A stretch of 64,000 nucleotides of DNA from Steroidobacteraceae bacterium (GTDB lineage Bacteria; Pseudomonadota; Gammaproteobacteria; Steroidobacterales; Steroidobacteraceae): the NCBI GenBank assembly GCA_046352935.1, contig JAXMGR010000021.1, forward strand, positions 6,089-70,088. The letters are read 5' to 3'. A program made the position numbers and the translations under genes. Positions 30,520 through 41,982 of this stretch are shown in pieces (position 1 is the first letter of the stretch; the number at the start of each line of letters is the position of its first letter). The notes under the pieces are model-generated. The model was given only the letters and a program-made list of their open reading frames with translations, searched no databases and was not told the DNA's origin.

Positions 30520-30680
30520 GGGGCATTTTTCCCCCGCGACGACGGCAGCTGGACGCGCGGGCTGCGGACGGAGGGCCCCTCGTCTCGCGCCAGATCTTTA
30601 CGCTCGCCTCGGGGCCCTCCTGCGCGCCCGCTCGTCCGATGCGCTGCGGCAGGGAAATGAAGCAATGTCCCCATTTCCCC
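30520..30680. repeat. type-A MITE/REP-like repeat (inverted relative to the 17320-17485 copy)
   Basis: GGACGCGCGGGCTGCGGACGGAGGGCCCCTCGTCTCGCGCCAGATCTTTACGCTCGCCTCGGGGCCCTCCTGCGCGCCCGC is the reverse complement of the 17.36-17.44 kb core. The ends GGGGAACGGGGGCAT and ATGTCCCCATTTCCCC form terminal inverted repeats. Track ORFs 30489..30674 and 17312..18037 share the artefactual peptide GPRGERKDLARDEGPSVRSPRV. Confidence 0.85.
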
Positions 30681-30692
30681 GGCCGGCGGCGC

Positions 30693-32108
30693 TCAATAGC
30701 GGTAGTGCTCGGGCTTGTACGGCCCTTCGGGCGCTAGCCCTAAATACTTCGACTGCTCGGCCGTGAGCGTCGTCAGTCTCGCGCCGATGCGCTCGAGGTG
30801 CAGCCGCGCGACCTTCTCGTCGAGGTGCTTCGGCAGCACGTAGACCTTGTGCTCGTACCTGCTGCCGAACTTGAAGAGCTCGATCTGCGCGAGCGTCTGG
30901 TTCGTGAACGAGTTCGACATCACGAACGACGGATGACCGGTGGCGCAACCGAGGTTCACCAGGCGGCCCTCGGCCAGCACGATGATGCGCCTGCCGTCGG
31001 GGAAGATGACGTGGTCGACCTGCGGCTTGATGTTCTCCCACGGGTACTGGCGCAGGCTGGCGATGTCGATCTCGCTGTCGAAGTGGCCGATGTTGCAGAC
31101 GATGGCCTGGTGCTTCATCGCGCGCATGTGCGCGTGGCTGATGACGTTCACGTTGCCGGTTGCCGTGACGAAGAGGTCCGCGAGTGGCGCCGCTTCTTCC
31201 ATGGTGACGACGCGATAGCCGTCCATCGCCGCCTGCAGTGCGCAGATCGGGTCGATCTCGGTGACCCACACCTGCGCGGAGAGCGCCTTCAGTGCCTCGG
31301 CCGAGCCCTTGCCGACGTCGCCGTAGCCGCAGACGACCGCGATCTTGCCCGCGATCATGACGTCCGTCGCACGCTTGATCGCGTCGACGAGCGATTCGCG
31401 GCAGCCGTACAGGTTGTCGAACTTCGACTTGGTCACCGAGTCGTTGACGTTGATGGCGGGGAATGGCAGCCGGCCGTCGGCGGCCATCTTGTAAAGGCGC
31501 TTCACGCCGGTCGTCGTCTCCTCGGTCACGCCCCGGATGTGCGCGAGCCGCTGCGAGTACCAGCCCGGGCTCTTCTCGAGGCGCTTCCTGATCGACGCGT
31601 ACAGGACGGTCTCTTCCTCGTTCGTGGGGTTGGCGATCACGGACGGGTCGTCCTCGGCGCGCGTGCCGAGGATGAGCAGCAGCGTGGCGTCGCCGCCGTC
31701 GTCGAGGATCATGTTGGCGTACTGGCCGTTCGGCCACTCGAAGATGCGGTGGGAGTACTCCCAGTATTCCTCGAGCGATTCGCCCTTGTAGGCGAACACC
31801 GGTGTACCGCCCGCCGCGATCGCGGCCGCCGCGTGGTCCTGCGTGGAGTAGATGTTGCACGACGCCCAGCGCACGTCGGCGCCGAGGGCCTTGAGCGTTT
31901 CGATGAGCATCGCCGTCTGGATGGTCATGTGCAGCGAGCCCGCGATGCGCGCGCCCTTGAGGGGCTGCGACACGCGGTATTCGTCGCGGATGGCCATGAG
32001 TCCCGGCATCTCGGTCTCGGCGATGGCCATTTCCTTGCGGCCGAACTCGGCGAGCGAGAGGTCCTTGACGGCGTAGTCGGTGAAGTTCGCGGATACGACG
32101 GCGTTCAC
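30693..32108 (-). CDS. ahcY: adenosylhomocysteinase
   Basis: [31 protein letters not shown], with DDGGDATLL and [10 protein letters not shown] (NAD). Start taken at GTG 32108, 7 nt after GAGGAG. The track's earlier start codon is TTG. Confidence 0.95.
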   Translation of the reverse strand: MNAVVSANFTDYAVKDLSLAEFGRKEMAIAETEMPGLMAIRDEYRVSQPLKGARIAGSLHMTIQTAMLIETLKALGADVRWASCNIYSTQDHAAAAIAAGGTPVFAYKGESLEEYWEYSHRIFEWPNGQYANMILDDGGDATLLLILGTRAEDDPSVIANPTNEEETVLYASIRKRLEKSPGWYSQRLAHIRGVTEETTTGVKRLYKMAADGRLPFPAINVNDSVTKSKFDNLYGCRESLVDAIKRATDVMIAGKIAVVCGYGDVGKGSAEALKALSAQVWVTEIDPICALQAAMDGYRVVTMEEAAPLADLFVTATGNVNVISHAHMRAMKHQAIVCNIGHFDSEIDIASLRQYPWENIKPQVDHVIFPDGRRIIVLAEGRLVNLGCATGHPSFVMSNSFTNQTLAQIELFKFGSRYEHKVYVLPKHLDEKVARLHLERIGARLTTLTAEQSKYLGLAPEGPYKPEHYRY

Positions 32109-32135
32109 GTTCAGTCTCCTCAAAGCGGTTCAAGG

Positions 32136-32228
32136 GGGCTGAGCGCCGTTGCTTCCGGTCACGGAGCCCGAGCCTGGCAGGGGCGGCTCGAACGGCCGCG
32201 CCGCTGTTGCAACGCTCCTCGGGTCCGA
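32136..32228 (-). promoter_or_regulatory. SAH riboswitch (S-adenosylhomocysteine-responsive, RF01057-like) in the ahcY leader
   Basis: The minus-strand RNA is CCGAGGAGCGUUGCAACAGCGGCGCGGCCGUUCGAGCCGCCCCUGCCAGGCUCGGGCUCCGUGACCGGAAGCAACGGCGCUCAGCC. It contains the conserved blocks GAGGAGCGYUGC, CAGGCUCGG and CAACGGCGCUCA in the right order. P1 (CCGAG/CUCGG) and the GAGCG/CGCUC pairing are possible. It sits immediately upstream of the ahcY RBS. Confidence 0.75.
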
Positions 32229-32444
32229 GGGGCGCCCCGTGAGGGACGCTCCGATGTCGACGCGCGGTAGTTTAGGGCCTGCCGCCGCTTTGTGCATCGG
32301 CGGGCGTCGCCGTTTCTTGACGCTGTCCCGGACGACGCCAGCGGCCCCGGGCGGCCCGTGCGCGGCAGGTGCGCATCTCGGGAACGGCGGAGCCGCCGGC
32401 CCTCGGGCAGCAGCGTCGCGTATGTCTTCAGGGCCGCGGTGCCC

Positions 32445-32499
32445 GGGAAACGGCGAAGCCGCCGGATACCTCGGGCACGAGGCCCGGGCATCCGGCGGC
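32445..32499 (-). terminator. putative rho-independent terminator of metK
   Basis: The minus-strand sequence is GCCGCCGGAUgcccgggCCUCGugcCGAGGuAUCCGGCGGC followed by UUCGCCGUUU. The outer stem is 10 bp with an inner 5-bp stem. It begins about 20 nt after the metK stop. Confidence 0.5.
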
Positions 32500-32518
32500 T
32501 CCGGTGTCGCGTCGTCCG

Positions 32519-33751
32519 TTACAGTCCCGCGGCCTTGCGCAGCGCCTCGGCGCGGTCGGTCATCTCCCAGGAGAAGGCCAGCGCGTTACGCGACTTCCGG
32601 ACCTCCTTCCCGTTCACCGTGTCCGCGTAGTGATACACGAGCTCGAACGGCTCGCGGCCGAAGTGGCCGTAGGACGCCGTCGGGCGGTAGATCGGGTGCA
32701 ACAGGTCCAGCATCTTCACGATGCCGTACGGCCTGAGGTCGAAGTGCGCGCGGACCAGCTTCTCCAGCTTCTCGTCGCTGACGCGCCCCGTGCCGAAGGT
32801 CGAGACCATGACCGAGGTCGGCTCCGCCACGCCGATCGCGTAGGAGACCTGCACCTCGCAGCGCGTCGCGAGCCGCGCCGCGACGATGTTCTTCGCGACA
32901 TAGCGCGCCGCATAGGCCGCGGAGCGATCGACCTTCGAGGGGTCCTTGCCCGAGAACGCGCCACCGCCGTGGCGGGCCATGCCGCCGTAGGAGTCGACGA
33001 TGATCTTGCGGCCCGTCAGGCCGCAGTCGCCGACGGGTCCGCCGATCACGAACTTGCCCGTCGGGTTGATGTGAACCTTCGTTTTCTTCGTGATCCACTT
33101 CGCCGGCAGCACCGGCTTGCAGATCTCCTCCCACACGGCCTCGTGCAGGTGCTTCTGCTTCACGTCCGGGTCGTGCTGCGTCGACAGCACCACTGCCTCG
33201 ATCGCGACGGGCTTGTCGTCCTCGTAGCGGAAGGTGAGCTGGCTCTTCGCGTCGGGCCGCAGCCACGGCAGGCGCGGATTCTTCCCCTTACGCAGCTTCG
33301 TCTGCTGCTCCACCATCTTGTGCGCATAGTGGATCGGCGCGGGCATGAGCGCCGTGGTCTCGTTGCTGGCGTAGCCGAACATCAGGCCCTGGTCACCGGC
33401 GCCCTGTTCCTCGGGCTTCCTGCGGTCGACGCCCTGCGCGATGTCCGGCGACTGCTTGCCGAGGATGTTGATGACGCCGCAGGTGCTGCCGTCGAAGCCG
33501 ATCTCGTGCGAGGTGTAGCCGATGTCGCAGATCACCTGGCGGATCAGCGCCTCGAGGTCCAGCGAGGCGCCGGTCGTGACTTCGCCCGCGACGATCGCCA
33601 CGCCGGTCTTCACGAGCGTCTCGCAGGCCACCCGCGAGCGCGGATCGCGCGCCAGGAGCGCGTCCAGGACGGCGTCCGATATCTGGTCCGCCACCTTGTC
33701 CGGGTGCCCTTCGCCGACCGACTCCGACGTGAACAGATAGCTGCCGCTCAT
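32519..33751 (-). CDS. metK: S-adenosylmethionine synthase
   Basis: [31 protein letters not shown], with [21 protein letters not shown] and [10 protein letters not shown]. Confidence 0.97.
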   Translation of the reverse strand: MSGSYLFTSESVGEGHPDKVADQISDAVLDALLARDPRSRVACETLVKTGVAIVAGEVTTGASLDLEALIRQVICDIGYTSHEIGFDGSTCGVINILGKQSPDIAQGVDRRKPEEQGAGDQGLMFGYASNETTALMPAPIHYAHKMVEQQTKLRKGKNPRLPWLRPDAKSQLTFRYEDDKPVAIEAVVLSTQHDPDVKQKHLHEAVWEEICKPVLPAKWITKKTKVHINPTGKFVIGGPVGDCGLTGRKIIVDSYGGMARHGGGAFSGKDPSKVDRSAAYAARYVAKNIVAARLATRCEVQVSYAIGVAEPTSVMVSTFGTGRVSDEKLEKLVRAHFDLRPYGIVKMLDLLHPIYRPTASYGHFGREPFELVYHYADTVNGKEVRKSRNALAFSWEMTDRAEALRKAAGL

Positions 33752-34011
33752 GAGACCGCCGCTCCCTCGATGGGTGGTGCTGGAAAGGGGCGCAAACTAC
33801 CACGAGGCGGGGGGGCGTTTTCCACTTTCCGGCCGTGGATCGCGGGTGGCCCGGGGCGCGGCGCGCCGGAGGCGGAACTCCGTCAGACACCCCGCGGCCG
33901 GCCCGTACGGGTGGATCGCGGGGAGGGCCGGCACCCCTTCCGCCGACGGCTCTCCGATTGCCCGGATCGGGGGGTTCGTGGACAATGCGCCCCCCTCCGG
34001 AGAGTGCCCTC

Positions 34012-36015
34012 ATGCCCACCCGTCGTGAACTCGCCAACGCCCTGCGCGTCCTCAGCATGGATGCCGTGCAGAAGGCCAACTCCGGGCACCCGGGCATGCC
34101 CATGGGCATGGCGGACATCGCCGAAGTGCTGTGGCGGGATTTCCTGAAGCACAGCCCGGGCAATCCCGAGTGGTTCGACCGCGACCGCTTCGTGCTGTCG
34201 AACGGCCACGGGTCCATGCTGCTGTACTCGCTGCTGCACCTGTCGGGCTATCCGCTGTCGCTGGACGAGATCAGGAACTTCCGTCAGCTCGGTTCGAAGA
34301 CTGCCGGTCACCCCGAGCGGGAGCCCGACATCGGCATCGAGACCACGACGGGCCCGCTCGGGCAGGGCATTGCCAACGCGGTGGGCATGGCACTCGCCGA
34401 GAAGCTGCTGGCCGCGGAGTTCAACCGTCCGGGGCACACGGTGGTCGATCATCGCACCTGGGTGTTCCTCGGCGATGGCTGCCTCATGGAAGGCGTCTCG
34501 CACGAGGCCTGCTCGCTCGCCGGGACCCTGGGTCTCGGCAAGCTGATCGCTTTCTACGACGACAACGGCATCTCCATCGACGGCGAGGTGCACGGCTGGT
34601 TCACCGACGACACGCCGAAGCGCTTCGAGGCCTACGGCTGGCAGGTGATCCGCAACGTCGACGGCCACGACTCCGAAGCGATCAGGCGCGCGATCCGCAA
34701 GGCGCAGCGCGAGACCGCGAAGCCTTCACTGATCTGCTGCAAGACCATCATCGGCTATGGCTCCCCGAACAAGCAGGGCACGGAGGCGACGCATGGTGCG
34801 GCGCTCGGTACCGATGAGGTGGCCGCTGCACGTGCCAGCCTGAACTGGCCGCACGAGCCGTTCGTGATCCCGGACGAGATCCGCGCGGGCTGGGACGCGC
34901 GCGCGAAGGGCAGGCGCGTCGAGAACCGCTGGAAGCGCGGGTTCAAGGCCTACGCGGCGGCGCATCCGGAACTCGCTGCGGCGCTCGGGCGGCGCATGCA
35001 CGGCGAACTGCCTGCGGATTTCGCGGAGCAGGCGCTGGCCCTGACCGCGGCGGCACAGGCCGCCGGCGGCAACGTCGCCACCCGGCAGAGTTCACAGCAG
35101 GTGCTCAATGCCTTCGGGCCGCTGCTGCCCGAGCTGCTGGGCGGCTCCGCTGACCTGACCGGGTCGAACAACACGCAGATCAAGGGGACCTGGGCCGTGT
35201 CCCGGGGCGATGCGACCGGCCGCTACCTGCATTACGGCGTCCGCGAGTTCGGCATGGCCGCGGTCATGAACGGTGTCGCGCTCCACGGCGGCTTCATTCC
35301 CTACGGCGGCACTTTCCTCGTCTTTTCGGACTACGCGCGCAACGCGCTGCGCATGGCGGCGCTCATGAAGCAGCGCAGCATCTTCGTGCTCACCCACGAC
35401 TCGATCGGGCTCGGTGAGGATGGTCCGACGCACCAGCCCGTCGAGCACGTGGCGACGCTACGCATGATCCCGAATATGGAAGTGTGGCGGCCTTGTGACA
35501 CAGTCGAGACTTATGTCGCGTGGCGACAGGCCATCATGCGCGCCCTCGGTCCCACGAGTCTCGTGCTGACGCGCCAGGCGCTGCCGCACCAGCCGCGTAC
35601 TGCCGAGCAGGTCGCGTCGATCGCGCGCGGTGGCTATGTCCTCAGGGACTGCGCCGGCACTCCCGAGGCGATCCTCATCGCCACGGGGTCCGAGGTCGCC
35701 GTCGCGCTCGAGGCCCAGGCGATGCTGGCCGCGGCCGGTCGCCGGGCGCGGGTCGTGTCGATGCCCTGCACCGGCGTGTTCGAAGCGCAGGACGCGGCCT
35801 GGCGGGAGTCCGTGCTGCCGCGCGCCGTGCGTTGCCGCGTCGCGATCGAGGCGGGAGTGCCGGACGGCTGGTGGCGCCACGTCGGCGATGCCGGTCGGGT
35901 GATCGGCATGACGTCGTTCGGCGCGTCGGCGCCGGCGAAGGATCTGTACCGTCACTTCGGCATCACGGCCGATGCGGTGGTGCGGGCCGTGGCGGAATCG
36001 TTCGCGGCCGTCTGA
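34012..36015 (+). CDS. tkt: transketolase
   Basis: [37 protein letters not shown], with [23 protein letters not shown], and [13 protein letters not shown]. Confidence 0.97.
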   Translation: MPTRRELANALRVLSMDAVQKANSGHPGMPMGMADIAEVLWRDFLKHSPGNPEWFDRDRFVLSNGHGSMLLYSLLHLSGYPLSLDEIRNFRQLGSKTAGHPEREPDIGIETTTGPLGQGIANAVGMALAEKLLAAEFNRPGHTVVDHRTWVFLGDGCLMEGVSHEACSLAGTLGLGKLIAFYDDNGISIDGEVHGWFTDDTPKRFEAYGWQVIRNVDGHDSEAIRRAIRKAQRETAKPSLICCKTIIGYGSPNKQGTEATHGAALGTDEVAAARASLNWPHEPFVIPDEIRAGWDARAKGRRVENRWKRGFKAYAAAHPELAAALGRRMHGELPADFAEQALALTAAAQAAGGNVATRQSSQQVLNAFGPLLPELLGGSADLTGSNNTQIKGTWAVSRGDATGRYLHYGVREFGMAAVMNGVALHGGFIPYGGTFLVFSDYARNALRMAALMKQRSIFVLTHDSIGLGEDGPTHQPVEHVATLRMIPNMEVWRPCDTVETYVAWRQAIMRALGPTSLVLTRQALPHQPRTAEQVASIARGGYVLRDCAGTPEAILIATGSEVAVALEAQAMLAAAGRRARVVSMPCTGVFEAQDAAWRESVLPRAVRCRVAIEAGVPDGWWRHVGDAGRVIGMTSFGASAPAKDLYRHFGITADAVVRAVAESFAAV

Positions 36016-37074
<1,059 letters not shown>

Positions 37075-37122
37075 ACCGGCCCGATCCGACGACCGCCACG
37101 CAACTCACACGGGGAGAGCCCC

Positions 37123-38307
37123 ATGGCCACCGTTCTCCGCATGGTCGATCTCGACCTGAAGGGTAAGCGCGTGCTGATCCGCGAGGATCTGAACGTGCCC
37201 GTGCACGACGGTGTCGTGACCAGCGACGCGCGCATCCGCGCCTCGCTGCCGACCATCAAGCTCGCGCTGGAGAAGGGTGCGCGCCTCCTGATCGCCTCGC
37301 ACCTCGGTCGCCCCGAGGAAGGCAAGGTCGATCCGGCCTTGTCGCTGGAGCCGGTGGCCGCGCGGCTGTCCGAGCTGCTGGGCCGCAAGGTGCCGCTGAA
37401 GCGCGACTGGTTCGACGGCGCCGAGGTGGTGCCCGGCGAGGCGGTGCTGCTCGAGAACGTGCGCTTCCTGAAGGGCGAGAAGAAGGACAACGAGGACCTC
37501 GCGAAGCGCATGGCGGCGCTCTGCGACGTCTACGTGATGGACGCCTTCGGCACGGCGCACCGCGCCGAAGCGAGCACCCACGGCGTGGCACGCTTCGCGC
37601 CCGTGGCCTCGGCGGGGCCGCTGCTCGTCAATGAACTCGTCGCGCTGGAGACCGCGCTGGAGAAGCCGGCGCGCCCGCTGCTCGCGATCGTCGCGGGCTC
37701 GAAGGTCTCGACCAAGCTCACCGTGCTGGAGACGCTGCTCGGCAAGGTCGATCAGCTCATCGTGGGCGGCGGCATCGCGAACACCTTCATCGCGGCCGTG
37801 GGGCTGCCGGTCGGCAGGTCGCTGTACGAGGCCGACATGGTCGACATCGCGAAGAGGCTGATCGAGCAGTCGAAGGCACGTGGCGTCGAGATCCCGATCC
37901 CGACCGACGTCGTGGTCGCCAAGGAGTTCTCGGCCACGGCCGAGGCCGACGTGAAGCCGGTCGCCGAAGTGGCTGCCGACGACATGATCCTGGACATCGG
38001 GCCGGACACCGCCGAGCGGTTCGCGAAGGTCGTGGCCGCCGCCGGCACGGTCGTCTGGAACGGCCCGGTCGGCGTGTTCGAGTTCGACCAGTTCGGCGAG
38101 GGCACGAAGACGCTGGCGAACGCCATCGCGCGCTCGAAGGCGTTCTCGCTCGCGGGCGGCGGCGACACGCTGGCCGCGATCGAGAAGTACGGCGTCGAGG
38201 AAGGGATTTCCTACATCTCGACGGGTGGCGGTGCCTTCCTCGAGTTCGTCGAGGGCAAGTTGCTGCCGGCCGTGGCCGCGCTGGAGGCGCGCGCCGGGAG
38301 CGCCTGA
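37123..38307 (+). CDS. pgk: phosphoglycerate kinase
   Basis: [12 protein letters not shown], with [23 protein letters not shown] and [10 protein letters not shown]. Confidence 0.97.
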   Translation: MATVLRMVDLDLKGKRVLIREDLNVPVHDGVVTSDARIRASLPTIKLALEKGARLLIASHLGRPEEGKVDPALSLEPVAARLSELLGRKVPLKRDWFDGAEVVPGEAVLLENVRFLKGEKKDNEDLAKRMAALCDVYVMDAFGTAHRAEASTHGVARFAPVASAGPLLVNELVALETALEKPARPLLAIVAGSKVSTKLTVLETLLGKVDQLIVGGGIANTFIAAVGLPVGRSLYEADMVDIAKRLIEQSKARGVEIPIPTDVVVAKEFSATAEADVKPVAEVAADDMILDIGPDTAERFAKVVAAAGTVVWNGPVGVFEFDQFGEGTKTLANAIARSKAFSLAGGGDTLAAIEKYGVEEGISYISTGGGAFLEFVEGKLLPAVAALEARAGSA

Positions 38308-38439
38308 CCGGACTCTGCGGCGCTCCGTCACCGTGACGTCCGGCTGCGACCGGTGACGGCAGGCGGCCGGCCGCGGCCGACGACACCGGGCCCTTCCCAG
38401 CAGGCATAATCCGGCGGTTACCGTTGCCGGAGCGAGCGC

Positions 38440-39870
38440 ATGCTGAGACGCACCAAGATAGTCGCGACCCTGGGTCCTGCAACGGACGATCCCGCCGTGC
38501 TGACCGACATGATCCGGGCCGGCGTCGACGTGGTGCGCGTCAATTTCTCCCACGGGCGGTTCGAGGATCACGCGCAGCGCATCGGACGCGTGCGCGAGGC
38601 CGCCGAACGCGCGGGCCGGTACGTGGGGATCCTCGGCGACCTGCGCGGTCCGAAGATCCGCATCGAGCGCTTCGCGACCGGCCGTGTCGAGCTGAAGGAG
38701 GGCGACCACTTCGCGCTCGACCCGGCGCTGGATCCGGAGGCCGGCACCGCGGCGGGTGTCGGCGTGGCCTATCCGGACCTGCCGCGCGACGTGAAGGCCG
38801 GCGACACGCTGCTCCTCAACGACGGACTCATCGCGCTGCGCGTCACGGGTGTCGCCGGCACGCGCATCGACACGGTCGTGACCGTCGGCGGCGAACTGTC
38901 GAACCAGAAGGGACTCAACAAGAAAGGCGGCGGCCTGTCGGCCGCTGCGCTGACCGACAAGGATCGCTCCGACATCCGCATGGCGGCCGAACTCGGCGTC
39001 GATTACCTCGCGGTCTCGTTCGTGCGGTCGGCGGCTGATGTCGAGGAGGCTCGCGGTCTGCTGAAGGCGGCCGGCGGGCACGCGCGCATCATGGCCAAGA
39101 TCGAGCGCGGCGAGGCCATCCAGAACCTCGAGGAGATCGTGCGCGCATCGGACGCGGTCATGGTGGCGCGTGGCGACCTCGGCGTCGAGGTCGGCTATGC
39201 GCAGCTCACCGGTCTGCAGAAGCGCATCATCCAGCTCGCGCGGCGGCACAACCGCATCGCGGTGACGGCGACGCAGATGATGGAGTCCATGATCACGAAC
39301 CCCGTGCCGACGCGGGCGGAGGTCTCCGACGTCGCCAATGCCGTGATGGACGACACCGATGCGGTCATGCTCTCGGCCGAGACCGCGGTCGGCAGGTATC
39401 CGGTCAAGGTCGTGCAGGAGATGGCGCAGGTCATCGAGGGCGCCGAGAAGTGGCACCATTCGCACGCGCGCGAGCGGCATCGCATCGACGGCTATTTCAA
39501 GGGCACCGACGAGGCCATCGCGATGGCGGTGATGTACACCGCGAACCACCTCAACGTGAAGGCCATCGTCGCGCTGACCGAGTCCGGCTCGACGACGCTG
39601 TGGATGTCGCGCATCCGCTCGGACATCCCCATCTACGCCTTCACGCGCCAGGAGGCGACGCGCCGGCGCGTGACGCTGTACCGCGGCGTCCAGCCGATCG
39701 CCTTCGACGTGGTGCAGACCGATCCGGAGATCCTGTACCCGACCATCTTCCATCTGGTCATCGAACTCGGGCTCGCCCGCGCCGGCGACCTGATCATCGT
39801 CACCAAGGGCGAGCTGACCGGTGTCGCCGGCGGCACGAATTCCATGAAGATCCTCGAGGTCCGCAACTGA
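38440..39870 (+). CDS. pyk: pyruvate kinase
   Basis: MLRRTKIVATLGPATDD, with VRVNFSHG, MVARGDLGVE and TQMMESM. Confidence 0.95.
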   Translation: MLRRTKIVATLGPATDDPAVLTDMIRAGVDVVRVNFSHGRFEDHAQRIGRVREAAERAGRYVGILGDLRGPKIRIERFATGRVELKEGDHFALDPALDPEAGTAAGVGVAYPDLPRDVKAGDTLLLNDGLIALRVTGVAGTRIDTVVTVGGELSNQKGLNKKGGGLSAAALTDKDRSDIRMAAELGVDYLAVSFVRSAADVEEARGLLKAAGGHARIMAKIERGEAIQNLEEIVRASDAVMVARGDLGVEVGYAQLTGLQKRIIQLARRHNRIAVTATQMMESMITNPVPTRAEVSDVANAVMDDTDAVMLSAETAVGRYPVKVVQEMAQVIEGAEKWHHSHARERHRIDGYFKGTDEAIAMAVMYTANHLNVKAIVALTESGSTTLWMSRIRSDIPIYAFTRQEATRRRVTLYRGVQPIAFDVVQTDPEILYPTIFHLVIELGLARAGDLIIVTKGELTGVAGGTNSMKILEVRN

Positions 39871-39871
39871 C

Positions 39872-40732
39872 ATGAGCGCTCTCCGTTTCCAGGGCACCGA
39901 CGACTACGTCGCCACGGACGAACTGAAACTCGCGGTCAACGCCGCCGTGACGCTGGGGCGTCCGCTGCTGATCAAGGGCGAGCCCGGCACGGGCAAGACC
40001 CAGCTCGCGCAGGAGATCGCGCGCGGCCTCGGGCTGCCGCTGTTCGAGTGGCACATCAAGTCCACGACCAAGGCGCAGCAGGGCCTCTACGAGTACGACG
40101 CGGTTTCGCGGCTGCGCGATTCCCAGCTCGGCGACCCGCGTGTCAAGGACATCGCCAACTACATCCTCAAGGGCATGCTGTGGCGCGCCTTCGAGAACGA
40201 CACGCGCGCGGTGCTGCTCATCGACGAGATCGACAAGGCCGACATCGAGTTCCCGAACGACCTGCTGCGGGAACTGGACCGCATGGAGTTCTACGTCTAC
40301 GAGACACGTGAACTCGTCAAGGCGCGGCAGCGGCCGGTCGTCGTCATCACCAGCAACAACGAGAAGGAACTGCCGGACGCGTTCCTGCGCCGCTGCTTCT
40401 TCCACTACATCCGCTTCCCGGATCCGGAGACCATGCAGCGCATCGTCGACGTGCACTACCCGGGCCTGAAACAGACGCTGCTGAAGGAGGCGCTCGAGTC
40501 CTTCTACCGCATCCGCGAGATCCCGGGCCTCAAGAAGAAGCCCTCGACGTCCGAGCTGCTCGACTGGATCAAGCTGCTGGTGGCCGAGGACATCCCGCCC
40601 GAGGCCCTGCGCTCCGACGACCAGAAGGTCGTGATTCCGCCATTGCACGGCGCGCTGCTCAAGAACGAGCAGGACGTGCACCTGTTCGAGCAGCTCGTGT
40701 TCATGCACCGTCGCGCGGGGCGCGGGAACTGA
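39872..40732 (+). CDS. MoxR-type AAA+ ATPase (AAA_5 / CoxD-like)
   Basis: Walker A is LLIKGEPGTGKTQLAQ and Walker B is VLLIDEIDKAD. Length 286 aa. It starts 1 nt after the pyk stop. Confidence 0.8.
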   Translation: MSALRFQGTDDYVATDELKLAVNAAVTLGRPLLIKGEPGTGKTQLAQEIARGLGLPLFEWHIKSTTKAQQGLYEYDAVSRLRDSQLGDPRVKDIANYILKGMLWRAFENDTRAVLLIDEIDKADIEFPNDLLRELDRMEFYVYETRELVKARQRPVVVITSNNEKELPDAFLRRCFFHYIRFPDPETMQRIVDVHYPGLKQTLLKEALESFYRIREIPGLKKKPSTSELLDWIKLLVAEDIPPEALRSDDQKVVIPPLHGALLKNEQDVHLFEQLVFMHRRAGRGN

Positions 40733-40775
40733 GGGTCATGGCCGGTTCGCGCAACGCTGGTGGGGCACGGCGGTC

Positions 40776-41951
40776 GTGTTGATACGGTTCTTCTTCCTGC
40801 TGCGCGCGGGTGGTGTGCCGGTGTCCATCACCGAGTTCCTGGCGCTGCTGGAGGCGCTCCGGGCCGGTGTCGCCGGCCTGTCGGCGCAGGATTTCTACTT
40901 TCTCGCGCGCACGGTGCTCGTGAAGGACGAGCGCTGGTACGACCGCTTCGACCGTGTCTTCGCTGCGCACTTCCGCGGGCTCGAGCTCACGTTCGAGGCG
41001 CTGGTCGCGAGCCTGCCCGAGGAATGGCTGCGCAAGCAGAAGGAGCTGTTCCTCAGCGAGGCCGAGAAGGCGCTCGTCGAGTCCCTCGGGGGCTGGGACA
41101 AGCTCATGGAGACGCTGCGCGAGCGGTTGAAGGAGCAGAAGGAACAGCACCACGGCGGCAGCAGATGGATCGGCACCGGCGGCACCTCGCCCTTCGGCGC
41201 CTACGGCTTCAATCCGGAAGGCGTCCGCATGGGCCAGGACGGCAATCGCAGCCGGCGCGCGGTCAAGGTCTGGGACCGTCGGGAATTCGCGAACTTCGAC
41301 GACCAGGTCGAGATCGGCACGCGCAACATCAAGCTCGCGCTCAGGCGGTTGCGCCGCTTCGCGCGCGAGGGCGCCGCCGACCAGCTCGATCTCGATGCGA
41401 CGATCGATCACACCGCGCGCAACGCGGGCCTGCTCGACATCTGCATGGTCCCGGAGCGGCACAACACCGTGAAGGTGCTGCTGTTCCTCGACGTCGGCGG
41501 CTCCATGGACAGCCACGTGCGCGCCTGCGAGGAACTGTTCTCGGCCGCGCGCGCCGAGTTCAAGCATCTCGAGCACTACTATTTCCACAACTTCGTCTAC
41601 GAGTCGGTGTGGAAGGACAACCGCCGCCGCCACGGCGAACGCCACAGCACCACGGAGGTGCTGCGCACCTACGGGCAGGACTACAAGCTGATCTTCGTGG
41701 GCGACGCCAGCATGAGCCCCTACGAGATCGCGCAGCCGGGCGGCAGCATCGAGCACTGGAACGAGGAGGCCGGCGCGGTCTGGTTCCAGCGGCTGCTCAC
41801 CGCCTGGCCGCATCACGTCTGGCTGAATCCCGAGCCCGAGCGCTACTGGGAAAACACGGCCTCGATCCGCATGACGCGCGAGCTGATCGGCGAGCGCATG
41901 TTCCCGCTCACGCTCGCGGGCCTCGACTCGGCGATCCAGGCGCTGCACTGA
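40776..41951 (+). CDS. VWA domain-containing CoxE-like protein
   Basis: C-terminal VWA/MIDAS (LLFLDVGGSMDSH) plus LIFVGDASMSPYE. The N-terminal helical region is typical of CoxE-like partners of MoxR ATPases. The start codon is TTG or GTG (uncertain). Confidence 0.7.
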   Translation: MLIRFFFLLRAGGVPVSITEFLALLEALRAGVAGLSAQDFYFLARTVLVKDERWYDRFDRVFAAHFRGLELTFEALVASLPEEWLRKQKELFLSEAEKALVESLGGWDKLMETLRERLKEQKEQHHGGSRWIGTGGTSPFGAYGFNPEGVRMGQDGNRSRRAVKVWDRREFANFDDQVEIGTRNIKLALRRLRRFAREGAADQLDLDATIDHTARNAGLLDICMVPERHNTVKVLLFLDVGGSMDSHVRACEELFSAARAEFKHLEHYYFHNFVYESVWKDNRRRHGERHSTTEVLRTYGQDYKLIFVGDASMSPYEIAQPGGSIEHWNEEAGAVWFQRLLTAWPHHVWLNPEPERYWENTASIRMTRELIGERMFPLTLAGLDSAIQALH

Positions 41952-41982
41952 CCGCTTGCTCATCAGCCGGCTCAGGGCGTGA

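Noticed and set aside
33752-34011. metK 5' leader examined for a SAM riboswitch (SAM-I, SAM-II or SAM-V)
   Set aside because: A loose resemblance exists (AUCGGAGAG...GGCGGAAGGG...GGCCC), but the conserved SAM-I core (GAGGGA..GGCCC..UGA..GCAACC..GGUGC.AA..AGAU) cannot be aligned, and no SAM-II/V pseudoknot motif is visible. A covariance-model scan would settle it.
37105-39897. Long antisense or alternative-frame ORFs. Examples are 37105..39897(-), 12618..14834(+), 8377..9984(-), 48653..50413(+), 54623..56011(+), 60235..62316(+), 40701..41963(-) and 21327..22961(-)
   Set aside because: They are shadow ORFs opposite to, or out of frame with, clearly recognisable conserved genes. Their translations are low-complexity and rich in R, A, G, P and D, with no family motifs.
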